Source: an uncultured Dehalococcoidia bacterium (GTDB lineage Bacteria > Chloroflexota > Dehalococcoidia > Lucifugimonadales > UBA2962). From it: a stretch of 64,000 nt of DNA. Position numbers and translations under genes: made by a program. The notes below the pieces were generated by a model that saw only the letters and a program-made list of their open reading frames with translations, was not told the DNA's origin and did no database searches. The stretch lies in assembly GCA_964477845.1 (NCBI GenBank), contig CAYZES010000004.1:68693-132692 (forward strand). The letters are read 5' to 3'. Below, in pieces: positions 47,443-57,585 of the stretch (its first letter is position 1; every line of letters starts with the position of its first letter).

Positions 47443-48534
47443 TTGGAAGTCGGCATAGTAGGGCTGCCCGGCAGCGGCAAGACCACGGTATTCAGCGCCG
47501 TCACACGCGGCCGGACGCAGGCTGCACCTAGGCCGGACAGGCCGAGCCTCGGGGTCGCCAAGGTCGAGGACCGGAGGCTGGAGGCCCTGGCCCGGGTCGG
47601 GGGCTCAAAGAGGGCCGTTGCCGCCGAGGTGACATATCTCGACCTGCCCGCCTCGCCCGAAGGGTTCGGCAAGCACTCCGGTATCGGCGGGGAGATGCTC
47701 ACTCACCTTCAGCGGGTAGATGCCCTGGCAATAGTGGTGCGCGGATTCGATGATCCGTCGGTCCCCCATGTCCTCGACAGGGTCGACGCTGCTGGAGACG
47801 GCGCGGCGTTGCTCGACGACCTGGCTTTGGTCGACATGGAGATAGTCGAGCGGCGCCTCGGACGGATCGGTGCGGGCCTGAAGGGGGCCAAGGCCCCCGA
47901 ACGTGCGAACATGGAAAGGGAGAGGGAGATGCTCGGTCGGCTGGCGGCGGGCCTGGAGGGCGGCCTTGGCGTAGCGGATGCCGAGATGTCGGCCGAGGAG
48001 CGCAAGGCGGTTTCCGGCTTTGGCCTGCTCACGGCAAAACCGGCGGTGATAGTCGCCAACCTAGGAGAGTCTCAAATCGGTGCGGCCGATGGATTCGTGA
48101 CCCGGCTCTGCCAGGGTCTCCCCGGCAGCCGGCTGCGGGCCACGGCGCTCTTCGGTCAGCTCGAGGTCGACCTGGCCTCGATGGATCCGGCGGAGGACCT
48201 GGAGTTCAGGCGCGAACTCGGCATTGGTGAGTCCGGGATGGCCAAGATGGTAAGGGCCTGCTTTGACGCTCTCGACCTGATCACCTTTTTCACGGTCGGC
48301 CCAAAGGAGACGCACGCCTGGGCGGTAAGGGCCGGCACCGATGCCAGGACCGGTGCCGGGGCAATTCACAGCGACATGGAGCGCGGCTTCATCCGGGCGG
48401 AGGTCGCCACCTGCGACGACTTCTTGGAGGCGGGCGGCGAGGCGGGCGCGCGCCGCGAGGGACGGATGCGCCAGGAAGGCAAGGGATACGTACTCAGCGA
48501 CGGGGACGTGGTCCACGTGCTCTTCAACGTGTGA
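47443..48534 (+). CDS. ychF: redox-regulated ATPase YchF
   Basis: 363 aa with a TTG start, P-loop GIVGLPGSGKTT, and C-terminal FIRAEV....F pattern (TGS/YchF C-terminal domain). Confidence 0.92.
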   Translation: MEVGIVGLPGSGKTTVFSAVTRGRTQAAPRPDRPSLGVAKVEDRRLEALARVGGSKRAVAAEVTYLDLPASPEGFGKHSGIGGEMLTHLQRVDALAIVVRGFDDPSVPHVLDRVDAAGDGAALLDDLALVDMEIVERRLGRIGAGLKGAKAPERANMEREREMLGRLAAGLEGGLGVADAEMSAEERKAVSGFGLLTAKPAVIVANLGESQIGAADGFVTRLCQGLPGSRLRATALFGQLEVDLASMDPAEDLEFRRELGIGESGMAKMVRACFDALDLITFFTVGPKETHAWAVRAGTDARTGAGAIHSDMERGFIRAEVATCDDFLEAGGEAGARREGRMRQEGKGYVLSDGDVVHVLFNV

Positions 48535-49763
48535 TGGCTTCTCCGCCGGATGCCGGCACCATCTCCCTGTACGTGCACGTGCCGTTCTGCGCCACCAAGT
48601 GTCCCTACTGCGACTTCAATACGTACGCGTCGATCGAGGGCCTGATGGAGCCCTACATAGGGGCCCTGTGCCGCGAACTGCGATTCTGGGGGGAGGCGCT
48701 CAGGTCCCCCACCGTATCGAGCGTGTTCTTCGGCGGGGGCACCCCCTCGTACCTCAGGCGCGGCCAGCTATCGGCGGTCATGGAGACGGTCAGGGGCTCC
48801 TTCGACCTTGCCTGTGACACGGAGATAACAGCCGAGGCGAACCCGGACGACCTGACGGAGGGGAAGCTCGAAGAGCTACAGTCGGCGGGAGTTAATCGCC
48901 TCAGCGTCGGCGTCCAGTCCCTAGACGACGACCTGCTGGTCGCCCTCGGTCGCCGCCACAGCGCGGCCGAGGCGGAAGCGGCTGTGGCCAGGGCCGCGCA
49001 CGCCGGATTCGATAACCTGAGCATCGATCTCATGTACGGCCTCCCCGCCCAGACGCTCGAACTGTGGGCCGATACGCTTGGGCGCGCGCTCGATCTGGGC
49101 ACGGCGCACGCCTCGATGTACGCGCTGACCGTCGAAGAAGGAACGCCGCTGGCGCGAAGCGTCGCGGCGGGCGAGACGGAGGCGCCAGACCTGGACCTTG
49201 CGGCGGATATGTACGCTGCGACAGAGACGATCATGGAGGATCGCGGCTTTCGCCACTACGAGATCTCCAACTGGTGCATTTCCGGCAGGGAGAGCAGGCA
49301 CAACCTTACGTACTGGCTCAACCGGCCCTTCCTTGGAGTCGGGCCGGGGGCCCACTCCTACCTGGGCCGGGTCCGCTTTTCGGTCATGAGATCCCCGCGG
49401 GAATACACGGTTAGACTCTCCGACGGACACGCCGCATCGGGAGACGAATCTTGGCCGGACCTTTTGCGTTCGCTGCCGTTCGTAGAGCAGGTCACCGAGA
49501 TCGAGCGTGACGAGGAGATGGCCGAGACGATGATGATGGGTCTGCGCCTCGATATCGGCGTATCCGAATCCGGTTTTCGCAGAAGATTCGGCCGCGCTCT
49601 GAGCGACATCTACGGCCCGATCATCGACTCGGCAGCGAGGCAGGGGCTCCTCGAGTGGCGTGTGGGGCCGGACCCGGCCGACGGCCGCTCGGTCTGCCTC
49701 ACGGCAAGGGGTCGCCTGCTCGGCAACGAGGTGTTCTCCCGCTTCTTTGAGCCATCCCGCTGA
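48531..49763 (+). CDS. hemW: radical SAM heme chaperone HemW (HemN-like, oxygen-independent coproporphyrinogen oxidase family)
   Basis: 410 aa with LYVHVPFCATKCPYCDFNTY (CxxxCxxC) and a 4-nt overlap with ychF. Confidence 0.9.
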   Translation: MMASPPDAGTISLYVHVPFCATKCPYCDFNTYASIEGLMEPYIGALCRELRFWGEALRSPTVSSVFFGGGTPSYLRRGQLSAVMETVRGSFDLACDTEITAEANPDDLTEGKLEELQSAGVNRLSVGVQSLDDDLLVALGRRHSAAEAEAAVARAAHAGFDNLSIDLMYGLPAQTLELWADTLGRALDLGTAHASMYALTVEEGTPLARSVAAGETEAPDLDLAADMYAATETIMEDRGFRHYEISNWCISGRESRHNLTYWLNRPFLGVGPGAHSYLGRVRFSVMRSPREYTVRLSDGHAASGDESWPDLLRSLPFVEQVTEIERDEEMAETMMMGLRLDIGVSESGFRRRFGRALSDIYGPIIDSAARQGLLEWRVGPDPADGRSVCLTARGRLLGNEVFSRFFEPSR

Positions 49764-49849
49764 GCCCGGCTTCAGCCCCGGCCGGCCGTCACGAGCGCCG
49801 GACGATCGACGGCGGGATATAAGTACATCCGTGCTATTCTTTCAGCCTC

Positions 49850-51715
49850 ATGTTTGTAGTCGGGACCGCCGGCCACGTAGATCACGGTAAGTCGACCCTG
49901 GTAGAGGCCCTCACGGGAATCGACCCGGACCGGCTGGCCGAGGAGAAGGAGCGAGGCCTCACGATCGACCTGGGCTTCGCCTGGATGACCCTGCCGAGGG
50001 GCGAGCAGATCAGCATTGTCGACGTCCCGGGCCATGAGAGATTCGTAAACAACATGCTCGCCGGGGTGGGCGGGATAGACATGGCGATGCTGGTCGTCGC
50101 CGCAGACGAGTCAGTGATGCCTCAGACGAGGGAGCACCTGGCCATCCTGGATCTGCTCGGGGTGTCCCGCGGCCTGGTGGCCATCACCAAGGCCGACCTG
50201 GTCGACGAAGAGCTTGTGGAGCTGGTCGAGGCGGAGGTGGAGGACCTCCTCGGCGGAACCGCGCTGGAGGGTTCGCGTTCAATCGCGGTGTCGGCGCTGA
50301 CGGGCCGGGGTCTCAGGGAGCTGACCGACGCCATCTCTGTGACTCTCCAGGATACGGAACCACGCAGGGATGTCGGTCGACCGAGGTTGCCCGTGGACCG
50401 TTCCTTTACGATGACCGGCTTTGGAACCGTAGTCACCGGTACGCTGATAGACGGCCCCCTCATCGTGGGTGAGGAGGTAGAGCTTGCCGTATCGGGAGCG
50501 CGGTCGCGCATCCGTGGCCTGCAGAGCCACAAGACCAGGGCCGAACGCGTCCCGCCCGGAAGCAGGGTGGCCGTGAACCTGTCAGGTATAGCGCAGTACG
50601 CGATAGAGCGCGGCGAGGTGCTGACCCGGCCGGGCTGGCTGAGGCCGACCAGATCGATGGACGTGCACCTCAGCGTGCTGGCCGATGTGCCGCGGGCGCT
50701 GCGGCACAACATGTATGTGACCGTGCACACCGGCAGCGACGAGACGGTGGGCCGGCTGAGGCTCCTGGACAGCGACAGGGCGGAGCCCGGGGAGTGGGCA
50801 TGGGCTCAGCTCAAGCTCGACGATAGCGTCGCCGTGGTCAGGGGCGACCGGTTCGTCATACGCTCCAACCAGTCCACCCTGGGAGGCGGCACCATAGTCG
50901 ACGCACACGCGCCTAGGCACCGGCGAAGGCACGCCCCGCTTCTGGCGAGGCTCAGGACCCTCGAGGAAGGCTCGATCAGGCAGGTGCTGGCCGCATGCGT
51001 CGAGGATCACGGGCCGATCACCCTTCCCGCCCTGGCTGCCAGGGCGGACATTTCCCGGAAGGAGGCGGCGGCAGAGCTGGACCTGATGGAGTGCGCCGGC
51101 GATGTCGTCGTTATCGGATCGGGGGCCGGCAAGATCTATCTGAGCGCTGCCGGTTGGCGCGATCTTGCGGCTAGCGCGGAGCGATCGGTCGCCGGCTACC
51201 ACGAGCGCTACCCGGCGCGCGCCGGGGAGCCGAAGGAGGAGCTGCGCAGCCGGCTGAAGCTCTCGCCCGTCCAGTTCGGTCCCGTGCTCGAGCATCTGAA
51301 CGAGTGCGGTGTGCTCACCGACGCAGGGGCCGCTGTGCGGGTCCCGGGCCACAGCCCGCAACTCTCTGCCGAACAGCAGACGAGCGCAGACGAGTTCCTG
51401 GCAGCCCTTAAGGCGGCGGACCCGTATTCCCCGCCGACCGACGCCCTGCCCGAGGAGGACATCCTAGACCTGCTCGAGGGGCTCGGACAGGTGGTGCGCG
51501 CCGGGAACTCGGTCGTGTTCTCCGCGGACGCATTCGCCCGCATGCTCGACGCCATAAGGACGTACGCGACGGAGCACGGTGAGGTGACCGTCGCCGATGT
51601 ACGTGACCTTTTCGGAACCAGCCGAAAGTACGCTCTGGCCCTGCTCGAGCACCTTGACAGATCGCGAATAACGCGCAGGGTCGGCGACGCGAGGGTCATG
51701 CGCGAGACGGTCTGA
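49850..51715 (+). CDS. selB: selenocysteine-specific translation elongation factor
   Basis: 621 aa with [21 protein letters not shown] and ITKAD, followed by a long winged-helix C-terminal extension typical of SelB. Confidence 0.92.
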   Translation: MFVVGTAGHVDHGKSTLVEALTGIDPDRLAEEKERGLTIDLGFAWMTLPRGEQISIVDVPGHERFVNNMLAGVGGIDMAMLVVAADESVMPQTREHLAILDLLGVSRGLVAITKADLVDEELVELVEAEVEDLLGGTALEGSRSIAVSALTGRGLRELTDAISVTLQDTEPRRDVGRPRLPVDRSFTMTGFGTVVTGTLIDGPLIVGEEVELAVSGARSRIRGLQSHKTRAERVPPGSRVAVNLSGIAQYAIERGEVLTRPGWLRPTRSMDVHLSVLADVPRALRHNMYVTVHTGSDETVGRLRLLDSDRAEPGEWAWAQLKLDDSVAVVRGDRFVIRSNQSTLGGGTIVDAHAPRHRRRHAPLLARLRTLEEGSIRQVLAACVEDHGPITLPALAARADISRKEAAAELDLMECAGDVVVIGSGAGKIYLSAAGWRDLAASAERSVAGYHERYPARAGEPKEELRSRLKLSPVQFGPVLEHLNECGVLTDAGAAVRVPGHSPQLSAEQQTSADEFLAALKAADPYSPPTDALPEEDILDLLEGLGQVVRAGNSVVFSADAFARMLDAIRTYATEHGEVTVADVRDLFGTSRKYALALLEHLDRSRITRRVGDARVMRETV

Positions 51716-51956
51716 TGCCGCTCGACCTGGAAACCACCGCATCGCGGATCGACCGCATGGCCGTCCACATCGCCGGAAGGCGCTGATCTTCGGCCACGCG
51801 GTGCCGACGCCGGTGGAGATCAGGATACGCGAGTACGGGGGCCCGGAATCGCACCGGCAGCTGGGCTACGAGGACGAAGCCGAGCGAAAGGCGCGGGTTG
51901 AAAGGGACGCCGCCGACCTGTTCGGCTCCACCTAGCCTCCCCGGTGCCGCGAGCGG

Positions 51957-52319
51957 CTAGTACCCCAGGGCGTGCAGGCGATCGTCGTCGATGCCGAAGT
52001 GGTGGGCCACCTCGTGCACGACGGTATCGGCGATCTCGCTCACCATCTGCTCGCCGGAGAGTCCGAGGGCCTCTATCGAGCCCTGAAAGAGCGTGATCTT
52101 GTCGGGAAGGACCTCGCCGTAGTCGTAACGCTCGGTCAGGGGCACACCCTCATAGAGGCCCAGGAGAAGCTCTCCCTCGGCGATGCAGTTGCCCGCGAGC
52201 TGGCCCGGGGTGGGCAGATCGTCGACCACGATGTCGATGTTGTCCAGGTAGAGCCTGAGCTCTTCCGGGATCGTCTCAAGTGCGCGCAGCACCACGTTTT
52301 CAAACTCTGCTCTTTCCAC
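51957..52319 (-). CDS. small zinc metallopeptidase-like protein (HExxH, DUF1025-like)
   Basis: The ORF track extends to 52424, 2 nt from the divergent ccmC start. I prefer GTG 52319 (VERAEFENVVLRALETIPEEL..), giving 120 aa. The C-terminal motif is VVHEVAHHFGIDDDRLHALG. Confidence 0.72.
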   Translation of the reverse strand: MERAEFENVVLRALETIPEELRLYLDNIDIVVDDLPTPGQLAGNCIAEGELLLGLYEGVPLTERYDYGEVLPDKITLFQGSIEALGLSGEQMVSEIADTVVHEVAHHFGIDDDRLHALGY

Positions 52320-52426
52320 GCTGCTAGCACCCGGCGAGAATCGAAGCGCCGTTAACGCCGAGTCTACCACCGCCGGGCCCGGTGGAAACAAGTCCCCGGC
52401 AGGGCCGATTGTGATACATTGCACGG

Positions 52427-53164
52427 ATGGTGCAGGCTATCTCGGCCACTGGCGTATCAGGCGCTCCGGGCGGCCGGTTCCGCTTGATTCACCACACGCT
52501 TCTCGCGGCCAGCGCCGCCCTGATGGCCGTGACCCTGTACCTGGTCTTTTTCTGGGTGCCCACCGAGGCCAACCTGGGCGTCTCCCAGCGAATATTCTAC
52601 TTCCACGTCCCGCTGGGGATCATCGGCCTGATCTCGATCGTGATGGTCGCGGTCGCCTCGGCGATGTATCTGCTGAAGCAGGACAAGCGCTGGGACGATT
52701 TCGCGCATGCAACTGCCGAACTGGGCATGATATTCGCCACGCTGATCCTGGTTACGGGCGCCATCTGGGCAAAGCCGGTGTGGGGCGTTTGGTGGACCTG
52801 GGATCCGAAGCTGACGACGACGCTCATACTCTGGTTCATATACGCCAGCTACCTGATGCTGCGGGCCTACGGCCCGAAGGGAATACAGCAGGCCCGCTAC
52901 GCCGCGGTGATAGCCCTGGTCGGGGCCGTCGACGCCCCTATCATCTACTACGTCACCGAGATATGGCGCAACGCCCACCCCGACCTGGTGATCGGGCCGC
53001 TGGCCGAGTCCGACGCCCTGGAGTCGCGGATGACGACCGCGCTCCTGGTATCGATGATCGCGTTCATAGTCCTGTTCGCATACATAGTCGCTGAGCGCTA
53101 CTCCCTGAGGCGCTCGGAGAGCAGCCTTGACGAACTGCACCAGGCGGCCTCGGTCAGCCGCTAG
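52427..53164 (+). CDS. ccmC: heme exporter protein CcmC
   Basis: 245 aa with the WWD motif WGVWWTWDPKLT, conserved His residues and 6 TM segments. Confidence 0.92.
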   Translation: MVQAISATGVSGAPGGRFRLIHHTLLAASAALMAVTLYLVFFWVPTEANLGVSQRIFYFHVPLGIIGLISIVMVAVASAMYLLKQDKRWDDFAHATAELGMIFATLILVTGAIWAKPVWGVWWTWDPKLTTTLILWFIYASYLMLRAYGPKGIQQARYAAVIALVGAVDAPIIYYVTEIWRNAHPDLVIGPLAESDALESRMTTALLVSMIAFIVLFAYIVAERYSLRRSESSLDELHQAASVSR

Positions 53165-53483
53165 GGCCGCGCTGGCCCTGGCCGCCCTGGCCCTGGCGCT
53201 CGCCGCGCTGGTGGCACCACCGGCGGCGCTCGCATCGGGCGCGCCGGACGCACACGATGCGCAGCGCGACGTCCTGCTGCAGGCACAGGAGGAAGGCGGT
53301 GGAGACCCCGAGGCGAACCTGCCGTTCCTGTTCGCCGTCTTCATCATCACCTGGGCCCTGTTCTTCGCCTATGTGATCTACATGACGATCAAGCGGCGCG
53401 CCATGGAGCGCGAGATCGAGGCGCTTCGCGCATCGATCGCCGAAAGAGACGCCCCGCCCGGACCGGAGGCGGAGGACGACTGA
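53127..53483 (+). CDS. ccmD: CcmD-like small membrane protein (start uncertain)
   Basis: One TM (LPFLFAVFIITWALFFAYVIY) followed by a basic/coiled tail, positioned between ccmC and ccmE. In-frame GTG at 53211 is an alternative start that avoids the overlap with ccmC. Confidence 0.5.
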   Translation: MTNCTRRPRSAARAALALAALALALAALVAPPAALASGAPDAHDAQRDVLLQAQEEGGGDPEANLPFLFAVFIITWALFFAYVIYMTIKRRAMEREIEALRASIAERDAPPGPEAEDD

Positions 53484-53541
53484 CAGGCCGAGGACATTTG
53501 AGATAATGGCAACCCTAAGGCCGCAGGAGAAGAGACGATAG

Positions 53542-54012
53542 ATGGCCCAGCCCGAAGGGTACGCACCGGACCCCGCCCACGAGATTGAGGACGGGGGCTC
53601 GTTCATAGCCGCCAACCGGCTCAAGCTGCTGGTGGGCGCGCTGGTACTGGTCGGCGCCCTGAGCTACTTCGGTTTCATGGCCTTTCAGAGCGCCACAGTC
53701 TACTACTACACGGTGGGCGAGGCGGCATCGCTCGGGCCCACCGAGGACGGGCGGCTAGTCAGGGTCAACGGAAAGCTCATCCCCGCCTCATTCAGCCGGC
53801 CGCAGGGCTCTACGGAGGCGCGCTTTGAGCTAACCGACGGCAGCCTGACGATGCTGGCGATCCACGACGGGGTGCTGCCCGAGCTGTTCTTCAATGATCA
53901 CTCGGAGATCATCCTTGAGGGCTCGTTCGACGAGGAGATGGTCTTTCACAGCGAGAACGTGATCGTAAAGTGCCCGTCCAAGTACGTCGCGCTGGAGGAG
54001 GAGGCGGGCTAG
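53542..54012 (+). CDS. ccmE: cytochrome c maturation heme chaperone CcmE, Cys-type (CxxxY)
   Basis: 156 aa with an N-terminal TM anchor and an OB-fold pattern (VRVNGKL..F.LTDG....V...G.LP.LF.....I.EG). C-P-S-K-Y (Cys codon 53971-53973) replaces the usual H-x-x-x-Y heme-binding motif. Confidence 0.87.
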   Translation: MAQPEGYAPDPAHEIEDGGSFIAANRLKLLVGALVLVGALSYFGFMAFQSATVYYYTVGEAASLGPTEDGRLVRVNGKLIPASFSRPQGSTEARFELTDGSLTMLAIHDGVLPELFFNDHSEIILEGSFDEEMVFHSENVIVKCPSKYVALEEEAG

Positions 54013-54031
54013 CCGGACCCGCGGGAACCTG

Positions 54032-54898
54032 CTAGATCGCCATCGCGTCGATCAGGTCTCGGGCGCTGCGCGTCCTGGTCCTGGCGGTCATCTCGCTTAT
54101 GCGGTCCTCGAACGGGGGCCTCGACCTGTCCCTGTAGATCACTCCCAGCGGGACGCCGCGGGACTGCACCAGGGTTCTTGCCGCCTGTAGATCGGTCGGG
54201 TTGTGGTCGGGGGGTACCGCCCATGCCATCGGCTCGATGCCCTTCTTGACGCTCCCTTTGAGCAGCTCATACGTGTCGTTGTAGGTGGTGCAGGGCGACT
54301 GGACGTGCACGATGGCAAAGCCGGGGTGCTCCATGGCCTCGACGATCATCCTGGAAAGGTCCTTTACCTTGGACGAGAGGGCCGATGCGACGTAGGAGAC
54401 GCCGAGCGTCAGGTACAGGGCGAGGGGGTGCACCTCCTCTTCCACCTTGCCGTACGGCGTGGAGCTGGTGACCATACCCTGCTCCGAGGTGGGAGACGAC
54501 TGTCCCTTTGTCAGGCCGTACACGCCGTTGTCCATGACCACCGCGCACACGTTGAGGTTGCGGCCCGCCTGTGGCGCGATGTGCTCCATCCCGATGCTGA
54601 GGAAGTCCCCGTCGCCGGCCACGATGATGACATTGAGGTCCGGCCTCCCCATCTTCACACCCATGGCTATCGGCAGGGTGCGGCCGTGAATGCCATGGAT
54701 ACCGAAGGGCTGATCGCCCTCAAGCAGGTGCACCATGTTGCCGGAACAGCCGATCCCGGCAACGACCACGTTGTTCTCTATTGGTCTGCCGGTCGCCGCC
54801 ATGCGCTGCTGCACCGCTGACTCGATGGCCCGGCGCACACCGAAGTCGCCGCATCCGGGACACCATTTGAAGTCGTATTCGGGGTTCTTTGCGCTCAA
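54032..54898 (-). CDS. korB: 2-oxoacid:ferredoxin oxidoreductase subunit beta
   Basis: 288 aa with WCPGCGDFGV and the TPP-binding GDGD pattern, and a 4-nt overlap with the alpha subunit gene. Confidence 0.92.
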   Translation of the reverse strand: MSAKNPEYDFKWCPGCGDFGVRRAIESAVQQRMAATGRPIENNVVVAGIGCSGNMVHLLEGDQPFGIHGIHGRTLPIAMGVKMGRPDLNVIIVAGDGDFLSIGMEHIAPQAGRNLNVCAVVMDNGVYGLTKGQSSPTSEQGMVTSSTPYGKVEEEVHPLALYLTLGVSYVASALSSKVKDLSRMIVEAMEHPGFAIVHVQSPCTTYNDTYELLKGSVKKGIEPMAWAVPPDHNPTDLQAARTLVQSRGVPLGVIYRDRSRPPFEDRISEMTARTRTRSARDLIDAMAI

Positions 54899-56625
54899 GC
54901 GTGCACCCGCTCCTTCCTCGCCGCACGGACGCGCTCGGCAATCCTGTCCGACAGTTCGCCCACCTTGAAGGGAAGGCCTGTGTATTGCGTAATCGACTCG
55001 GCTCTCACGCCGTGAGCGCGGAGAACCATGGAGAACTGCCCCTGGTAGTTGAGCTCCGGGACGAGGACAAGGTCCTTCTCGCGGAGCTGGGCGAGCATGT
55101 CGGGAGGCAGGGGATTGAGGAACATCGTGTAGTACCAGGCGATGTCGAGCCCGTCTGCGCTCAGCCGCTCGTAAGCCTCCCGGGACGGGCCCTTAGACCC
55201 GCCCCATGGCACCACGGCGATCGAGGCGGGGGCGTTGTCTATCTCGAAGTCTCCGTCCTCCAGCAGCCTGAGCTTGCCCCAGCGCCGCTCGGTCATCTGC
55301 ACGTGGCGCTCGGCCAGGTGCGTGGTGTCCCCCATCCCGTCGTGCTCGCTCCCGTTCGCCACGTAGCTGCCCGGCCCGCCGGGCAGGGGCATCGCCGATA
55401 GCTCGCGTGGCTCGTAGCGATGGTACCCGTTGGTGCCCGTGTATACGAGGCGCCCTTCAACGGCCACCTTGTCCAGATCGGGCTTGGGCATGTTCTGGTT
55501 GCGCTCTGAGAGGGCGTGCTCGCTTAGGACGATAACCGGCCCCTGGTATCGCTCGGCCCAGTTGAACGCCTGTACGGTCGCGTAGAAGCACTCCTCGACC
55601 GTCCCCGGCGCGATGATCGGCAGCCTGACGTCCCCGTGCGCCGGGAACATGGACGACAGAAGGTCGGACTGCTCGGTCTTGGTGGGCAGCCCGGTCGCGG
55701 GCCCGCCGCGCTGCACGTCGACGACGACCAGGGGAATCTCCGCCATCCAGGCAAGGCCCAGGCCCTCGGCCATCAGCGAAAAGCCCGGGCCGGCGGTGGC
55801 GGTCATAGCCTTCTTGCCGGCAAAGCCAGCACCGATGCAGGAGGTTATCGATTCGATCTCGGAGCTGACCTGGTAGACGAACCTGTCCGGGGCGGGTGCG
55901 TTTCGCTCCATCCACACAAGGATGGAGGTGGCGGGGGAGATCGGATAGCCGGCGTAAAAGTCCATGCCGGCGTGCATGGCCCCCAGGCAGACGGCGGTAT
56001 TGCCATTCACCAGTATCTGCTCGTAGTCCGGCGGATCCGCATCGGCGAGCTCGCCCACGCTAAGGCCGCTCTTTTCGGCCTCGACCCGCCCTAGCCGCAT
56101 CGCCTTCAGGTTGGAATCTATGATCTCGGCGTCGTTGGGCCTGCCCCTCGTAAAGCGCGCCCTGACGAACTCGTCGAGGATCTCCTGACGCATGCCCACC
56201 AGCTGGGCCAGCGCCCCTATCACGACCATGTTGGCCGCGCGCGCGTTGCCCGTGGACTTGGCAAGCTCGTTAAAGTCCATGCCGAACGAGTTCTCGGCGC
56301 CAGTCGGCTCGAATTCGCCGGAGTTGTAGACGACCACTCCCCCGTCGCCGACCTCCTCGCCGTGGTTGTCGTACGCCTCCTGGTTAAAGCACACGAGAAC
56401 GTCGAGCTGGTCGCCGGAGCTTCGTATGCTCGAGGTGGATATGCGCGTCTGGGTCCAGGTGGGTCCGCCCATGATCTGGGAGGGGAAGGTGGCGAAGGTC
56501 TGCGCGTGATAGCCGGTCTGGGTGGCTGCCTGGGCCAGACCCTCGGCCGACGTGACGACGCCCTGTCCACCCTCACCGGCAAACCGGACCACGAAGTCGC
56601 TCTTTTTCACGGCGCCCTCCATCAC
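54895..56625 (-). CDS. korA: 2-oxoacid:ferredoxin oxidoreductase subunit alpha (gamma-alpha fusion)
   Basis: 576 aa. The N-terminal gamma-like domain (FAGEGGQGVV) is fused to the alpha domain (AGYPISPAT..). Confidence 0.92.
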   Translation of the reverse strand: MMEGAVKKSDFVVRFAGEGGQGVVTSAEGLAQAATQTGYHAQTFATFPSQIMGGPTWTQTRISTSSIRSSGDQLDVLVCFNQEAYDNHGEEVGDGGVVVYNSGEFEPTGAENSFGMDFNELAKSTGNARAANMVVIGALAQLVGMRQEILDEFVRARFTRGRPNDAEIIDSNLKAMRLGRVEAEKSGLSVGELADADPPDYEQILVNGNTAVCLGAMHAGMDFYAGYPISPATSILVWMERNAPAPDRFVYQVSSEIESITSCIGAGFAGKKAMTATAGPGFSLMAEGLGLAWMAEIPLVVVDVQRGGPATGLPTKTEQSDLLSSMFPAHGDVRLPIIAPGTVEECFYATVQAFNWAERYQGPVIVLSEHALSERNQNMPKPDLDKVAVEGRLVYTGTNGYHRYEPRELSAMPLPGGPGSYVANGSEHDGMGDTTHLAERHVQMTERRWGKLRLLEDGDFEIDNAPASIAVVPWGGSKGPSREAYERLSADGLDIAWYYTMFLNPLPPDMLAQLREKDLVLVPELNYQGQFSMVLRAHGVRAESITQYTGLPFKVGELSDRIAERVRAARKERVHA

Positions 56626-56898
56626 GTAATCAGATAATCGGATCGCCCAAGAACAAAAGGACTTCGCCTAACCGGCGAAGCCCAGTACAGACAGGTTAAT
56701 GCTCTACGCGAAGATAACAGGAGAAAATCTACCGTGTCAATTGGCCTTCCGCACCGATTTAGGCGGTGCTACAGGCGTCTGTTCGCCGGTGAAACAGGCG
56801 CGGAGGGACCCGGTATCATCTAGGCCAATGTCCGGCGGATATTCATCGCATTTCGTGATGAACCAGCGCATTTTGGGGCACTGGAGCATGGAACGCCA

Positions 56899-57585
56899 TC
56901 AGTCCTGTACGACGTAGCTGAATGCCAGCGAGCAGACCACGAGGAAAACGGCGTCGTACACGGCCAGGATGGGAAGCCACGGAAGGGCGCCGCCCCAGGG
57001 GTCCGCGGCCAGCGCCGGCCCGGACGCCTCTACCGCCGCGACGACGACGGGCACCGCTATCGGCAGGAACAGCAGCGGAAGCATCACCTCGCGGGCCCGG
57101 GTGTTGACGGCCATGGCGGAAAAGAGCGTGCCGACCGCCGCTATTCCGAGCGTGGCCAGCGCGGCGACCGGCACGAATCCCGGTGCGAGCAGGGGCAGAT
57201 TGTAGATGACCGCGAAGATGGGGAAGGTGACCACCTCGACGGCGATCATGAGCACGAAGATCGAAAGCACCTTGCCCAGGTAGATCTCATCCCTCCCGAC
57301 CGGGGTGAGCAGCAGTCCCTGCATGCCGCCCCTCTCCCTCTCAACGGCGAACGTTCTCGTCAGGCCGAGCACCCCCCCGAAGGTGAACGCCACCCACAGG
57401 ATTCCCGGGGCGACCAGGCCGACGCTCTGCGGGGTCGGGTTCAGGGCGAAGTTGAATACGACGATGACAAGTAAGGCGAACACGAAGACAGAGACCACCG
57501 TGTCCTTCGTGCGGGCCTCGAGCAACACGTCCTTCCACACCACCGCAAGGGGCGGCCAGCCAAGGAGTCTGTCGATCGCCCTCAT
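56899..57585 (-). CDS. ccmB: heme exporter permease CcmB
   Basis: The ORF track extends to 57690, inside ccmA. I prefer ATG 57585, which overlaps the ccmA TGA (ATGA), giving MRAIDRLLGWPPLAVVWKDVLLE... It is polytopic and hydrophobic. Confidence 0.87.
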   Translation of the reverse strand: MRAIDRLLGWPPLAVVWKDVLLEARTKDTVVSVFVFALLVIVVFNFALNPTPQSVGLVAPGILWVAFTFGGVLGLTRTFAVERERGGMQGLLLTPVGRDEIYLGKVLSIFVLMIAVEVVTFPIFAVIYNLPLLAPGFVPVAALATLGIAAVGTLFSAMAVNTRAREVMLPLLFLPIAVPVVVAAVEASGPALAADPWGGALPWLPILAVYDAVFLVVCSLAFSYVVQD

